The notes: generated by a model not told the origin, from the letters alone. A stretch of DNA of 19,758 nt from Chloroflexota bacterium (GCA_039029935.1 JBCCFC010000074.1:1-19758), one strand, 5' to 3'; numbered from the stretch's first letter, positions 1-12,800 are shown. A program made the numbers and translations.

Positions 1-360
1 ACAGAAGAGTCTGGTGTTGCTACTGGACGCTATCAGCAAGAACTCGCTGATGTCCAGCAGAAATTGTCTGACGCAGAACAGCAACTTCGGACCCAAACAG
101 AAGAGTCTGGTCTCGCCACCGAGCGTTATCAGCAAGAACTCGCCGAGGTCCAGCAGAAATTGGCTGACGCAGAACAGCAACTTCGGACCCAAACAGAAGA
201 GTCTGGTCTCGCCACCGGACGCTATCAGCAAGAACTCGCCGATGTCCAGCAGAAATTGGCTGATGCAGAACAACAACTTCGGACCCAAACAGAAAAGTCT
301 GATGTCGCCACCGGACGCTATCAACAAGAACTCGCCACTGTTCAACAGCAGTTAGCCAAC
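1..360 (+). repeat. 96-nt in-frame tandem repeat, about 3.7 copies, about 90% identical, encoding 32-aa coiled-coil units.
   Basis: gcagaacagcaacttcggacccaaacagaagagtctggtctcgccacc... recurs at 73, 169 and 265. Confidence 0.85.
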
Positions 361-789
361 GCAGAGCAACAACTTGCGAACGCCAAGCAAGAATTATCCG
401 TGACAAGTGAACAACTCTCTGCTGCACAAACGGAGAACACAGCTTTACAGAGTCAACCTGCGTCTTCATCAGAAGATTCAGACTGTTCGGCACAGGTTGC
501 AGCGGCTGTTGCACCGCTCAATGAACAGATTGCTAATCTGCAAAGACAGTTAAAGGATTTGACCGCTGCTCGATTTGAACGCGATAACCTCAAAAAGATC
601 AAAGGTATCGGTAATGCCTATGAACGACGACTCAATCAGGCAGGTATCTACACATTTAATCAACTTGCCGCTGTCACAACCGAAAAAATTGAGGAGATTG
701 TTGCAAACGAAGATTGGCAAGCCGTTGATATCCAATCGTGGATTGAACAAGCGGCTGAACTTACCGAGCAACCTAAACAATCTTCATAA
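1..789 (+). CDS. 5'-truncated coiled-coil tandem-repeat protein with a C-terminal DUF4332-like helix-hairpin-helix domain. The reading frame is open from nt 1, and the first in-window Met at 64 is not the real start.
   Basis: Frame 1 is open from position 1 and stops at TAA 787-789. Residues read (T)EESGVATGRYQQELADVQQKLSDAEQQLRTQ... with a 32-aa period (96 nt) repeated about 3.7 times, with heptad-like coiled-coil character. The C-terminus ...LKKIKGIGNAYERRLNQAGIYTFNQLAAVTTEKIEEI... matches the HhH motif typical of DUF4332 proteins. Confidence 0.75.
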   Translation, partial: TEESGVATGRYQQELADVQQKLSDAEQQLRTQTEESGLATERYQQELAEVQQKLADAEQQLRTQTEESGLATGRYQQELADVQQKLADAEQQLRTQTEKSDVATGRYQQELATVQQQLANAEQQLANAKQELSVTSEQLSAAQTENTALQSQPASSSEDSDCSAQVAAAVAPLNEQIANLQRQLKDLTAARFERDNLKKIKGIGNAYERRLNQAGIYTFNQLAAVTTEKIEEIVANEDWQAVDIQSWIEQAAELTEQPKQSS

Positions 790-816
790 CGCTGGCTGTA
801 CGTCGTTTTTCATTCA

Positions 817-825
817 TGGTATAAT
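817..825 (+). promoter_or_regulatory. Candidate extended -10 element (TGgTATAAT) for the giant gene.
   Basis: cattcaTGgTATAATcg in the 93-nt intergenic spacer, about 70 nt upstream of the start codon. No strong -35 box is present, as is usual for extended -10 promoters. Confidence 0.35.
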
Positions 826-882
826 CGAATTATAGAATAATTGCCTAATTAAATCGTTTGACAGAGCCAATCGTACACACAG

Positions 883-3800
883 ATGGAGGATGCCTTTATG
901 GCAGATAAAGGGCGCACACCTAGAGATATATGGCGTTTTGACCTCGCCAAGTTTATTGTTTTGCTTCTCGCAGTTCTTGTACTTATTTCCCTGTTAATTT
1001 CCAGAGGTTGCTCGAACCGTTTGGAGGAATTAGCACTCATTGAAGGTGTAGATGAAAGCATTCTGGAGACAGAAGTCAAAGAATTGTCTTCGACACCCAT
1101 TCCTGTCTTTACGTCAGAAGCCGAATCTGCAACAAATGAAACCACTGTGCTAGAACTTAATTCGCCTGCGGATGGGGAAGAGCTAGATGCTGGTGCGATC
1201 GTCTTTGCTGGGACCAGTGCGCCCAATTCCATTGTACGTATCTTTGTAGATGATTTGATGACCGGGGTTGTTGCCACCGATAATACTGGCACATGGACTT
1301 ATGATGCAATGCTCATGGAGCTAGGTCAACACTCAGTTTGGGTTGAGTCCGTTGACGCCAAAGGAAATGTCGCTGCGCAATCTGAACCCGTTTCCATCTC
1401 TGTGATTGCACCACCTGTGACTGAGGATGCTCCATCAGTTGCGACAGCATCTGTAGAAGAGGATGCAGTCGAAGAGGATGCAGTCGAAGAGGATGCAGTC
1501 GAAGAGGATGCAGCAGGTGACGCCGCCACTGATGATGCCACTGCTGCGCCTGCGGCTGATATTGCACCCAATGTGGCTGATGAAGAGAACGTCGAAGCGG
1601 ATACATCTTCTGATGACAGTACAACTGATGACAGTACAACTGATGACAGTACAACTGATGACAGTACAACTGATGACAGTACAACTGATGACAGTACAAC
1701 TGATGACAGTGCAACTGATGACAGTGCAACCGACCCATCTATGATCGGGGGGGACGGCGAGGCTGATGAAACGGCTGCTACAGATGACGTTGCTGATTCA
1801 TCGACTGAGAACGCTGTCAATGATGAAACAGCGGGCGATGAAACAACAGAATCTGACACAGGTGTAGACCCCGCTGGTGATGTTGTGACCGAAACCTCTA
1901 CAACAGAAAGCGATGGCAATTCCGATGAAACGACAGTGACCGATGACACGACTGATGCTAATACATCTACAGATGATGGAACAACAACGTCTGATACAGG
2001 GATGACATCTGCTGCTAATACCATAGACGAAGAATCAGCCAATAAGGATGCTGCTGATACCGACATGGCTGTCGAGGATAGTACTGTCGAGGATAGTACT
2101 GTCGAGGATGGCACTATTGAGGATGGTACAGAGTCTAATACAGATGAAGAATCAGTCGATGAGGCCACAGAGTCTAACACAGATGAAGAATCCACGGTAG
2201 ATGGTGACACGGCTGATACGAGCAGTGACACCGCTGACGTAACAGAAGATGAGGAGGTTGTCGAAACTGAACCTTCTAGCGAAGAAGCTGCAGTTGCGGA
2301 CGAAGAGGCCGCACAAGAATCGACTGAAGCGACTGAGACCGAGACAGAATCAGAGGCAGATACAACATCTGCTGTTGACACTGTTTCTGAGGAGACGACT
2401 ATAGAGCCAACGGTCACACCGATTTTGCCTTCATTTGATATGTCAGGGTTCCTCGACCGTATTGGTTTGGGCGCGTCTACATTAGAAGGGACGGGAGAAC
2501 CCGGCTCTGAAATCGAAGTCGTCATTGATGGCGAGGTTGTCGATACAGTCACTATCGGTGAAGATGGGACATGGTCCTATGATGCCGAACTTAACGAGCC
2601 CGGCCAACATTCAATCCGACTCAACTTGGTTAACTCGATTGGTGAAATCATCCAGTCATCGCTACCATCCATCTTTAGCGTACCCACTGCAACACCTGAG
2701 CCGACAGCTACGCCCGAGCCGACTGCAACGTCAACCGAAACCGCGACAGCCACAGCTACACCAGAACCAACCAGCACACCAACAGCGACTGCCACTGATA
2801 CGGCAACGCCAACAACAGAACCGACTGCAACGCCCATTGCACCTGTGATTGACGTAAGTGTTCTGGAGCAAGTGTTTGCCATTGGTGAAGAAATCAGTCT
2901 GAATGGTTCCGGTCAGCCAAACGATACACTGGAATTGTTGGTTAATGGTAATGGCGTTGACTCAACCACGGTTGACAGCGATGGCTCATGGGCAATGAAT
3001 ACAACGTTTGATGAGGGTGGAAACTATGGCCTGAGCCTCAATATAGTGGATGAGGACGGCAATGTTACTGATACGACGCTGCCAACATATATCTCTGTGC
3101 CAACATCCACGCCTGTGCCAACTGCCACATCCACTGAAACACCGACCGCTACACCAACCGAGACAGCAACAGCAACAGCCACATCAACGGCAACTGCTAC
3201 GTCAACGGCAACTGCTACGTCAACGGCAACTGCTACGTCAACGGCAACTGCCACGCCAACCGAGACAGCAACTGCTACGCCAACCGAGACAGCAACTGCT
3301 ACGCCGACCGAGACACCGACTGCTACACCTATTGCACTTGAGATTGATGTCGATGTGGTTAGCCCGAACATCATCTCCTTAGCGGGTGCAGGGGCACCGG
3401 GTACCCAGATTGGTTTACGCCTCAACGGGCTGGACATGGGCGATGTTGTTGAGGTGGGTGAAGACGGTCAATGGTCGCTGACCAAGACATTGGATATACC
3501 CGGCAGATATACATTGCGCTTGGATGCGTTGGATGTGGATGGTAACGAACTAGAGGGGATCACGGTTATCCCATCGGTGGTTGATGTCGCTACGGTCACA
3601 CCTGTGCCGACAACAACGCCGACAGCCACGTCAACACATACACCAGAACCAACTGTAACCAATACGGCGACACCAACGCCTGTAACTTATGCCTTTGATA
3701 TGACTATCCTAGAAAGCGAGGTCATTTCGGCGACGGGAACTGGCACACCTGGAATGATGCTCGGTCTATCCTTAAACGGGCTTGAGCCGGCAGTGACAAC

Positions 3801-6800
3801 TGAGGTAGATGAAAATGGTGAATGGGTACTCGAAACATTGGTGACAACACCGGGTAAATATCAAGTTCGAGTAGTTGAACTTGACGACGCAGGCGAAACT
3901 ACGTCTGATACCGTGTTGCCGTTACGCATGAGTATGGCGACGCTGACAATGACACCAACGCCCACATCAACCAATACACCTACACCAACTGATACTGCTA
4001 CTCCAACTGATACCCCAACTAGCACGGCTACCGCTAAACCGACGGCAACTGCGACTGAAACGGCTACGCCAACCGAAACACCCACACCAACTGCTCCACC
4101 AACGGCAACACCCATACCACCGATGATTGATGCCAGCGCGCTTGACACCGAATTTGTGATCGGTGAAGAAGTCAGTCTGAGTGGTTCAGGCCAGCCAGAC
4201 ACAATGCTGGAATTGCTGGTGAATGGCGACGGTGTTGACTCTGCAACCGTAGACACTGATGGCGCGTGGGCAATGAGTGCAACCTTTGAAGAGGGTGGCA
4301 ACTATGGGTTGAGTCTGAACACAGTGGATGAGGATGGCAATGTCACCGACACAACACTGCCAACCTACATTTCTGTACCCACAGCCACACCTGTGCCGAC
4401 GGCTACAGCGACCGAGACTGCTACACCAGAACCAACCAGCACAGCGACCGATACTGCTACGCCTGAGCCTACCAGTACATCCACACCAACGGCGACTGAG
4501 ACGGCTATGCCAACAGCAACAGCTACGCCTGAACCAACAGCCACTGCAACAGCCACGCCAATTATACCAATGATCGACCTGAGTCTTTTGGAGGATGCTG
4601 ATGGTGGCGCAGTCGCGATAGACGAGATTGAGATTGGTGATGTGATCAACTTAAGTGGTTCTGGTGAACCAGCAACTGAGGTTGAACTGCTGGTAGATGG
4701 CATTGGTGTTGACAGCACAACGGTCAATACTGAGGGTCTATGGGCGTTGAGTACGCGCTTTGATGAGGGTGGCATCTATGCTCTGAGTTTGAACACGCTC
4801 GATGGAGAGGGTGAGGTCACAAACACAACGCTGCCAACCTTCATCACGATTCCCACACCTGTCCCCACCGCAACCAGTACGCCAACCGAGACACCGACAC
4901 CTGCACCATCACCGACACCTGTTGTTATCACAGTTACAGAGGTGGTTACACAATCTGTCACAGAGATTATTACGCAGGTGATTACTGTGACAGTTGATTC
5001 CGGCATTGGTGCTACCGGGCTTGAGGATACGGATACCACGTCCAATGTGGATGAATCAAATGATACCACAGTTGTAGATGTAGCTGATGAAGGCATATCT
5101 GCTCAGGGAGAACCAACGCCAGAGCCGCTGTCATTCCTGATTAGTGCATCCAGTCACGAATCTATTTTGTTGGCTGGTTCTGGTACACCAGGCAATCAGG
5201 TTGAACTCTTGGTAGATGGCGAGATCAGTGGTCAGACAGTGACTGTCGATGAAAATGGTCAATGGGAACTTGACGCCATCATTGATGAATCCGGCACACA
5301 CACGCTGACGCTCAATGCCTTGGATGCGGATGGCAATCTGTTGCCTGAGCGTGTTGTCCTGTTGACAATGGACATCATCACGTCAGATGCCCCAGAAGAC
5401 ACATCTCAAGAAGATACATCGCCGGAAGAATCTTCGACGGACGATAGCACTTCTTGGGCGGACTCTGTGACACAGCCTGTGCTTGCTACGCTTGATTTGC
5501 GTATCAAAACATTCAACGACGATGGTACTTGGTTCTATGCCGATAGCACTTTTACACCGGACAGCGCGCAGACGCAGTTTGCCGAGCCATCCCACGGTAT
5601 TCAGTTGATTGCGCACTCGCAGATGCCAGACGCAAACGAGTTTCTGCAATCGGCTACGAACTATGAACTTGATATTGCTGTGCTTGAGAATCAGGTGATC
5701 ACACTAACAGGCGAGGGCTTCCCTGGCACAACGGTGGGCTTGTCCATTAATAGCATGGGACCAGTGGAAACAGCCGATGTTGATGCCGATGGCAAGTGGG
5801 TATTGAGTACACTCTTTAAGGATGCCGGCTATTATCGTATTGGTGTCCATGAGTTGGATGCAGATGATGGCTCATTGCTCGACACAGTACCACCGCTCAA
5901 TGTCGGCATGGCAACGGTGACACCTGTGCCAACCCCAGCCAACACTGGTGCTATGATGCCGGAGCCTCTGACCTTTAATGTCGATATACGCGACAGCGAT
6001 GTTGTACAACTCAAAGGTTCTGGAGAATCAGGTACGTTGATTAACTTGTTTATTGATGGTGTTCACGAAGGCGATGTTGCGGTCGTCAATGAAAATGGGG
6101 CTTGGGAACTTGATCGTGAGCTAAATGAGCCAGGCACATATGCGCTGACGCTACGCGCGACCGATGCCGAAGGTGGTCCATTGCCCGCCTTGATTATCCC
6201 TTCCTCTATCATTATCGCAACACCCACCCCAAGTGTTTCTCAACCCACACCATCACCGACCGTGCCGCCAACCTCAACGCCAGTACCAACCGCGACACAA
6301 ATTGCGCCCGTCATCGATATGTCATCACTGCCAACCGAGATCACCTTGGGGGATGTTGTCAATGTAAGCGGTTCTGGCGAGCCAGAGACAACGTTGGAAC
6401 TGCTTGTGGATGGCGCAGGTGTCGATAGCACGGATGTAGACCCGAATGGCTCTTGGGACATGAGTACCACCTTTGACGAGGGCGGAACCTATGCCTTGAG
6501 TTTAAATACATTGGATGAGGATGGTCAGGTAACAGATACAACGTTGCCAACCTTTATCTCGATCCCGACACCCACACCACTGCCATTGCCAACCCCAGAA
6601 ATTATTACAGAGACCGTGACACAAGTCATCACCGTCACTGCGCAGCCGATTACTGTCACCGTGATTGCTCCGACCTTGACGCCAACACCAGAACCGTTGA
6701 TCTTTAATGTCGATGCACTGGGCAACGAAACTGTTTTCTTGATGGGTGAAGGCGAACCTGGCACACAGGTACAGCTTTTGGTCAATGGCCTAGACTTGGG

Positions 6801-9800
6801 CGATGTAACTACTGTAGACAACAGCGGCACATGGTCACTCAATCGCACGCTGACGATTCCGGGCAACTATGCTCTCAGTTTAATGTCGATGGATGAAGAT
6901 GGTAACACGCTCTCAGCACCCATCATACCATCGTCGATTATTGTTGCGACAGCCACACCGATGGCAACGGACACGCCAAGTCCAACACCAACGGATACAC
7001 CGATGCCGACCTCCACCGATATACCAGCACCAACGGACACACCAGTACCAACGGACACACCAGTACCAACGGATACACCTGTACCGACAGATACACCAGT
7101 ACCAACAGATACACCTGTGCCAACGGCCACATCGACGGACACGCCTATACCGCCTGTGCTAAATCTGTCTGGCTTCTTGGCGGGCTTTGGCGCAAGCGAT
7201 CAACAAGATAATAGTGCGCAGGCAAGAAGCAATGATAGCGCGGATGATGCATCTGCTATGTTGGATGGAACAGGTGCGCCTGGTTCACAGATTGAGATTG
7301 TGGTTGATGGTGAGGTTGTAGATACTGTAACTGTCGGCGACGATGGTAACTGGTCCTATAATTTTGCTGAGAATGACACCTTTGGTGATGCAGACAAATA
7401 TATTCTGAGTTTGAATCTGTTGGATGAAAATGGCGATGTCGTGCAGTCCACCGAGCCATCTATTGTGCTGCTCCCCACTGCCGCACCGACAGCGACGCCA
7501 GTGCCAACAGATACACCGTTGCCAACAGAGACACTAGCCCCGACGGAAACGCCAGTGCCGACGGATACACCAACACCGGAAGCAACCGAAACCAAGACGC
7601 CACGCCCAACACCGCCAACCTTTGAACTCTTTGGCTTGTCCAATGATTTGACAGTGGGGCAAATTCGGCTGAAAGGGTCGGGCATGCCCAATACACAGGT
7701 GGAGGTTCTGGTTGATGGCGAACCTGTTGATATTGTTGATGTAGATGAAGAGGGTGTATGGCAACTGCCTGTCACCTTTACAGAGCCAGGGCGTCATGCA
7801 ATCTCAGTCAACATGTTGGATGAAGATGGCGATGTGGTCAATGTCTCACCACCAGTGATGATTTCGATTCCAACGCCACAGCCAACACGCACGGCAACAT
7901 CGACCTATACCCCAGAGCCAGTGGAAGCAGAGCCAACGTCAACAAGCATTGCCACGGCGACACCACGCCGTCCAATGCTGGATATCTATAAATTACCTGT
8001 GCGCATGGATGTCGGTGAGACAACGTTGCTGGGAACAGGCGTTGCTGGCTCCACACTAGAAATTGTGATTGACGATGAGGTAGTTGATGAGGTCATGGTT
8101 GCCAAGGATGGCACATGGTCCTATGATGTGACCTTTGATGAGCCAGGCAAGTATGCAGTTGTGTTGCGTGTCAAAGAGGATGATAACGAATACAGTTATG
8201 TATCGTTGCCATCTATTCTGAGCATTCCAACGGCCACACCGACTGAAACCAGCGTGCCAACGGATACACCTGAGCCTACAGCGACACCTGTGCCGACGGA
8301 TACACCTGTGCCCACAGACACCCCTATGCCAGCCAGTACGGCCACGGCCACATCTGAACCAACCGCAACTGCAACAATGGTTCCATTGAGCTTTAACCTG
8401 TCCTTATCGGCAGCAGATCGGACTGATAGCACCGTTGATGGGCAGACGCCATTGTCGGGTGAAGGTCAACCAGGGTCAACCGTTCAGATATTGGTGGATG
8501 GTGAGGTGGTTGATGAAGTGGTTGTGGAGGAGGATGGCTCATGGCATTATGACATAAATTTGGATGAACCGGGCAAGTATGCCGTGAGCCTGAATATGGT
8601 CGATGAGGAGGACAATGTCCTCTTTACATCACTGCCTTCAATCGTGAGCATTCCAACGGCTACCCCAACTGAGACAGCGACCGCCACAGAAACGGCCACA
8701 CCTGTGCCGACAGCAACGTCTACGCCTACCAATACGAATACGGCGACAGCGACTGCGACACCAGAGCCGACTGCGACACCAGAACCGACATCCACGGCAA
8801 CGGATACAGCAACCGCCATTCCACTGAGCTTTGACTTGTCTGTACCAACATCAAGGACGAGTCGTACAGAAGGCCAGACTCAGCTAATGGGTGCAGGTGA
8901 GCCAGGAGCGATTGTTCAGATACTGGTCGATGGTGTTGTTGTTGATGAGGTCATCGTTGGCGATGATGGCGCATGGGCTTATGATGTCAATTTAGATGGG
9001 CCAGGCAAATATGCTGTGAACTTGAATGTTGTGGATGAGGCGGGCAATGTACTCTTCACATCTCTGCCTTCAATTGTCAGCATTCCAACGGCTACACCAA
9101 CGGATACACCCGTGCCAACGGATACACTCGTGCCAACGGCCACGCCAGAGCCAACGGCCACGCCAGAGCCAACCAACACAGCAACATCTGCACCGCCGAC
9201 CTCGACCAGCATCCCAACGGCCACAACACGTCCACCAGTGTTGGATATCTATAAATTACCCATTCTCATGTCTGTGGGTGAGACAACTCTGGAGGGAACG
9301 GGTGTTGCTGACACCACGCTACAAATTCTGATTGATAGCGAGGTTGCAGATGAAGTCATGGTTGCGAAGAATGGTACGTGGTCCTATGAGGCCACCTTTG
9401 ACGAACCAGGTAAATATGCTGTGGGTATACGCGTCAAAGAGGATGATGGTACATTGGGGTATACATCTCTGCCAATCATTCTCAATATTCCGACAGCCAC
9501 GCCAACGGCAACGCCTGAGCCAACGGCAACGCCTGAGCCAACGGATACACTTGTGCCCACTGATACACCTGTACCCACAGCCACGGCAACACCGACCAGC
9601 ACGGCAACACCTGAACCAACCGTTATTCCGTTGAGCTTTGTGTTCCCATCGTTTGGCCTTTTGAGTGCAGATGCAGATAGTGATGTAGGTAATGCAGATG
9701 CAGCAGGCGACAGTGCAACACAATTATCCGGTCAAGGCGAGCCAGGGTCAACCGTACAAGTGTTGATTGATGGTGTTGTGGTTGATGATGTGACGGTGGA

Positions 9801-12800
9801 TGAAGAAGGCAATTGGGCATATAACATCAATTTGGATGGACCAGGCAAGTATGCAATCAGCCTGAATGTTGTGGATGAAGAAGGCAATACGGTATTCACA
9901 TCCTTACCAGAAGTTGTCAATATCCCGACCGCAACTGCTGAACCGACCGCTACGGCCACAGCGACCGTTGAACCGACAACGACAGCAACTGCGACAGCAA
10001 CTGCCACAGCGACAGCAACTGCCACTGCCACAGCAACTGACACAGCCACAGCGACTCAGGAGCCAACAGCAACCTCTCGACCATCCATATTCAATCTATT
10101 ACCATTACATACGGAAGTCAAGGATGGTGTACTGGCGATTCGAGGTAGTGCCAAACCAGATACATCGGTACGCATCTTGGTCCGAGGGCAAGAAAGAGCC
10201 AATGTAACTGTGGATGATAATGGTCGCTGGGATGCGGCTGTTGAGCTAGACGAGCCAGGTGCTTACACCGTTGTCGTCCAGTCGATGGATGTAGACGGTC
10301 AAAGAGTGTTGTCATCTGCTGTCTTGCGCGCACGTATTGTCGCACCAACTGCGACAGCAACAGCAACTGCGACAGCAACTGCGACAGCAACCGCAACTGC
10401 GACAGCAACCGCAACTGCGACAGCAACCGCAACTGCGACAGCAACCGCAACTGCGACAGCAACCGCAACTGCGACAGCAACCGCAACTGCGACAGATACA
10501 GCGACACCTGAACCTACAGCAACGCCGGAGCCAACTGCCACACCAGAGCCAACTGCAACGGCAACGGATACTGTGACGCCGGAGCCGACTGCAACGGCAA
10601 CGGATACTGTGACACCAGAGCCGACTGCTACTGCAACAGCGACGGGACTGCCACCTGTCTTTAACCTTTCGCCATTTGATGCGGAGGTTAAAAATGGCGT
10701 TTTGGATATGAGCGGTCTCGGTGAGCCGGATACATTCGTCCGCATTTTGGTCAATGGACAGACCGCCGCTCAGTCAACTGTGGATGAAGATGGTGGCTGG
10801 TCCGCATCTATCGAACTAGAAAAATCAGGGTCATATAATATTGTGGTGCAGTCGATTGGTGAGGATGGCGAAACGGTAGAGTCGTCGGCTATCCTACGCG
10901 CACGTGTCGTTCCACCAACGGCAACACCAACAGATACACCTGTACCAACGGCAACAGCGACGGCGACTGATACAGCGACACCTGTACCAACAGCGACGGC
11001 GACTGATACAGCAACACCTGTACCAACAGCGACGGCGACTGATACAGCAACACCGGAACCAACGGCAACCAATACACCTGTTGCACCATCGATTGACTCG
11101 TCATCACTACAAGACAGCATTGATGCTAGCTATGCTGGCGAGAATGGTGCTGGCAGTAATGGAGATAGTGGTGATGCAAATTTGATGCTTGCTGGCACTG
11201 GTGAGCCAGGGTATCAGCTTGAGGTTGTGGTTGACGGTGTTGTGGTTGATACAGTCACAGTCGATGACAATGGCAAATGGGTATATAATTTGGCCGATGC
11301 GGATGTGATTGATGAAGCGGGTAAGTATGCGATTAGCGTGAACTTATTGAATGCCGATGGCGAGGTTGAAATGACCACACTGCCGTCAATGATCAGCATT
11401 CCAACGGCAACGCCAACGGATACACCAGTGCCCACAGATACACCTGTGCCGACAGACACACCTGTGCCGACAGACACACCAACACCAACAGACACACCAA
11501 CACCAACGGCGACAGCGACGGATACACCAACACCGCCACCACCTGTGTTTAATCTGTTGCCATTTGACGCAGAGGTCAACAATGGCATGTTGGCGGTGAG
11601 TGGTAGCGCAATGCCAGAATCGTCAGTACGGATTTTGGTGAATGGTCAAGTGGCGGCTGATGTCACAGTTGATGAAAATGGCAACTGGTCTACAAGCATT
11701 GAGTTGGATAAACCAGGGTCCTATAACGTTGTTGTCCAATCAATTGGGGCTGATGGTGTCTCTGTTGTCTCATCGGCTATCTTGGGCGCACGGGTCCCTG
11801 CGCCAACAGCGACACCGACTGACACGGCGACAGCGACACCTGTGCCAACCCATACACCAACGGCAACACCGACGGATACGGTGACAGCGACACCTGTACC
11901 AACCCATACACCAACACCGACAGAGACAGCAACGCCAACAGCAACACTGTTGCCTGTAATCTTTGATTTGTCTGTCTTTGATGCGGAGGTACTTGGCGAT
12001 AATATAAAGGTAAGCGGTATTTCTGATCCGACAACGGTTGTGCGTATTCTGGTCAATGGTCGATTGATTGATACAACCGAGGTCAGTGAAGATGGTGGCT
12101 GGTCAATGACGATTCCGTTTGATGGACCGGGCAGCTACAATATTGTTGTACAGTCTGTGGACTCGCTGGGTGAAGTCATCGGTTCGTCAGCCATTGTGCG
12201 AGCAATTGTGCCAACCAAGACGCCAACACCAACGGCTACATATACACCAACGCCGACGGATACACCAACAGCAACTGCAACAGATACGCCTGAGCCAACC
12301 AGTACACCAACGCCAACGGATACACCAACACCAACGGCAACATTGCTGCCTGCCGTGTTCAACCTGTATGCCTTTGATGCGGAGGTAAAGAGCGACCAAC
12401 TGCGCTTAAGTGGGACTGCGGACCCAACGACAATGATCCATGTTGTGGTGAACGGTACAGTTGCTGCCATTGCGACACCAAATGAAAATGGTCGCTGGTC
12501 AACCGTTATCCAGTTTGAGCGTTCTGGCCGTTATAATATCATTATTCGGTCTGTAGCAGAGGATGGTGAGGTGGTTGAATCGTCTGCGATTACACGTGCG
12601 GACGTGGCTATACCAACACCGACGCCAACACCAACCGAGACGCCAACACCGACCGCCACAGAAACACCCGTGCCAACGGCGACATTTACACCAACGCTGA
12701 CGCCAACGTTCACGCCACCACCGACAGCGACAGCACAAGCGGATGTCGATGGTTCTGCACAATCTGATGCTGCTCCAGCGGACCAAACACCCTCGACCCG

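Larger units (their letters stand above)
1420..2410 (+). other. Hyper-acidic D/E/S/T-rich low-complexity region of about 330 aa with almost no basic residues, lying between the first Ig-like domain and the rest of the array.
   Basis: It reads EEDAVEEDAVEEDAVEEDAAGD..., then TDDSTTDDSTTDDST..., then DETAGDETTESDTGVD..., then EDSTVEDSTVEDGTIEDGTESNTDEES... Confidence 0.85.
2470..12610 (+). other. Array of about 24 tandem Ig-like (Big-type) domains with PT/AT/TPEPT linkers, carrying internal segmental duplications.
   Basis: Recurrent motifs are ...G.GEPG..[VI].[IL]LVDG..VD...V..DG.W.Y......EPGKYA..LN.VDE.GN....LPS, or the VRILVNG...SAILRARV variant in the last 6 domains. Subfamilies group as domains 3/6/7/11, domains 15/18, domains 16/17/19 and domains 20/21/23/24/25. 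Confidence 0.8.

Noticed and set aside
14-514. Alternative-frame ORFs 14..355 (+) and 20..514 (-) over the 96-nt repeat region.
   Set aside because: The frame-1 translation gives a clean heptad coiled coil continuing into a recognisable DUF4332-like domain. The others are repeat artefacts.
1006-1014. A possible lipoprotein lipobox at ...LLISRGC (Cys43).
   Set aside because: Positions -3 (Ser) and -2 (Arg) do not fit the [LVI][ASTVI][GAS]C consensus. Interpreted as a signal peptide or anchor instead.
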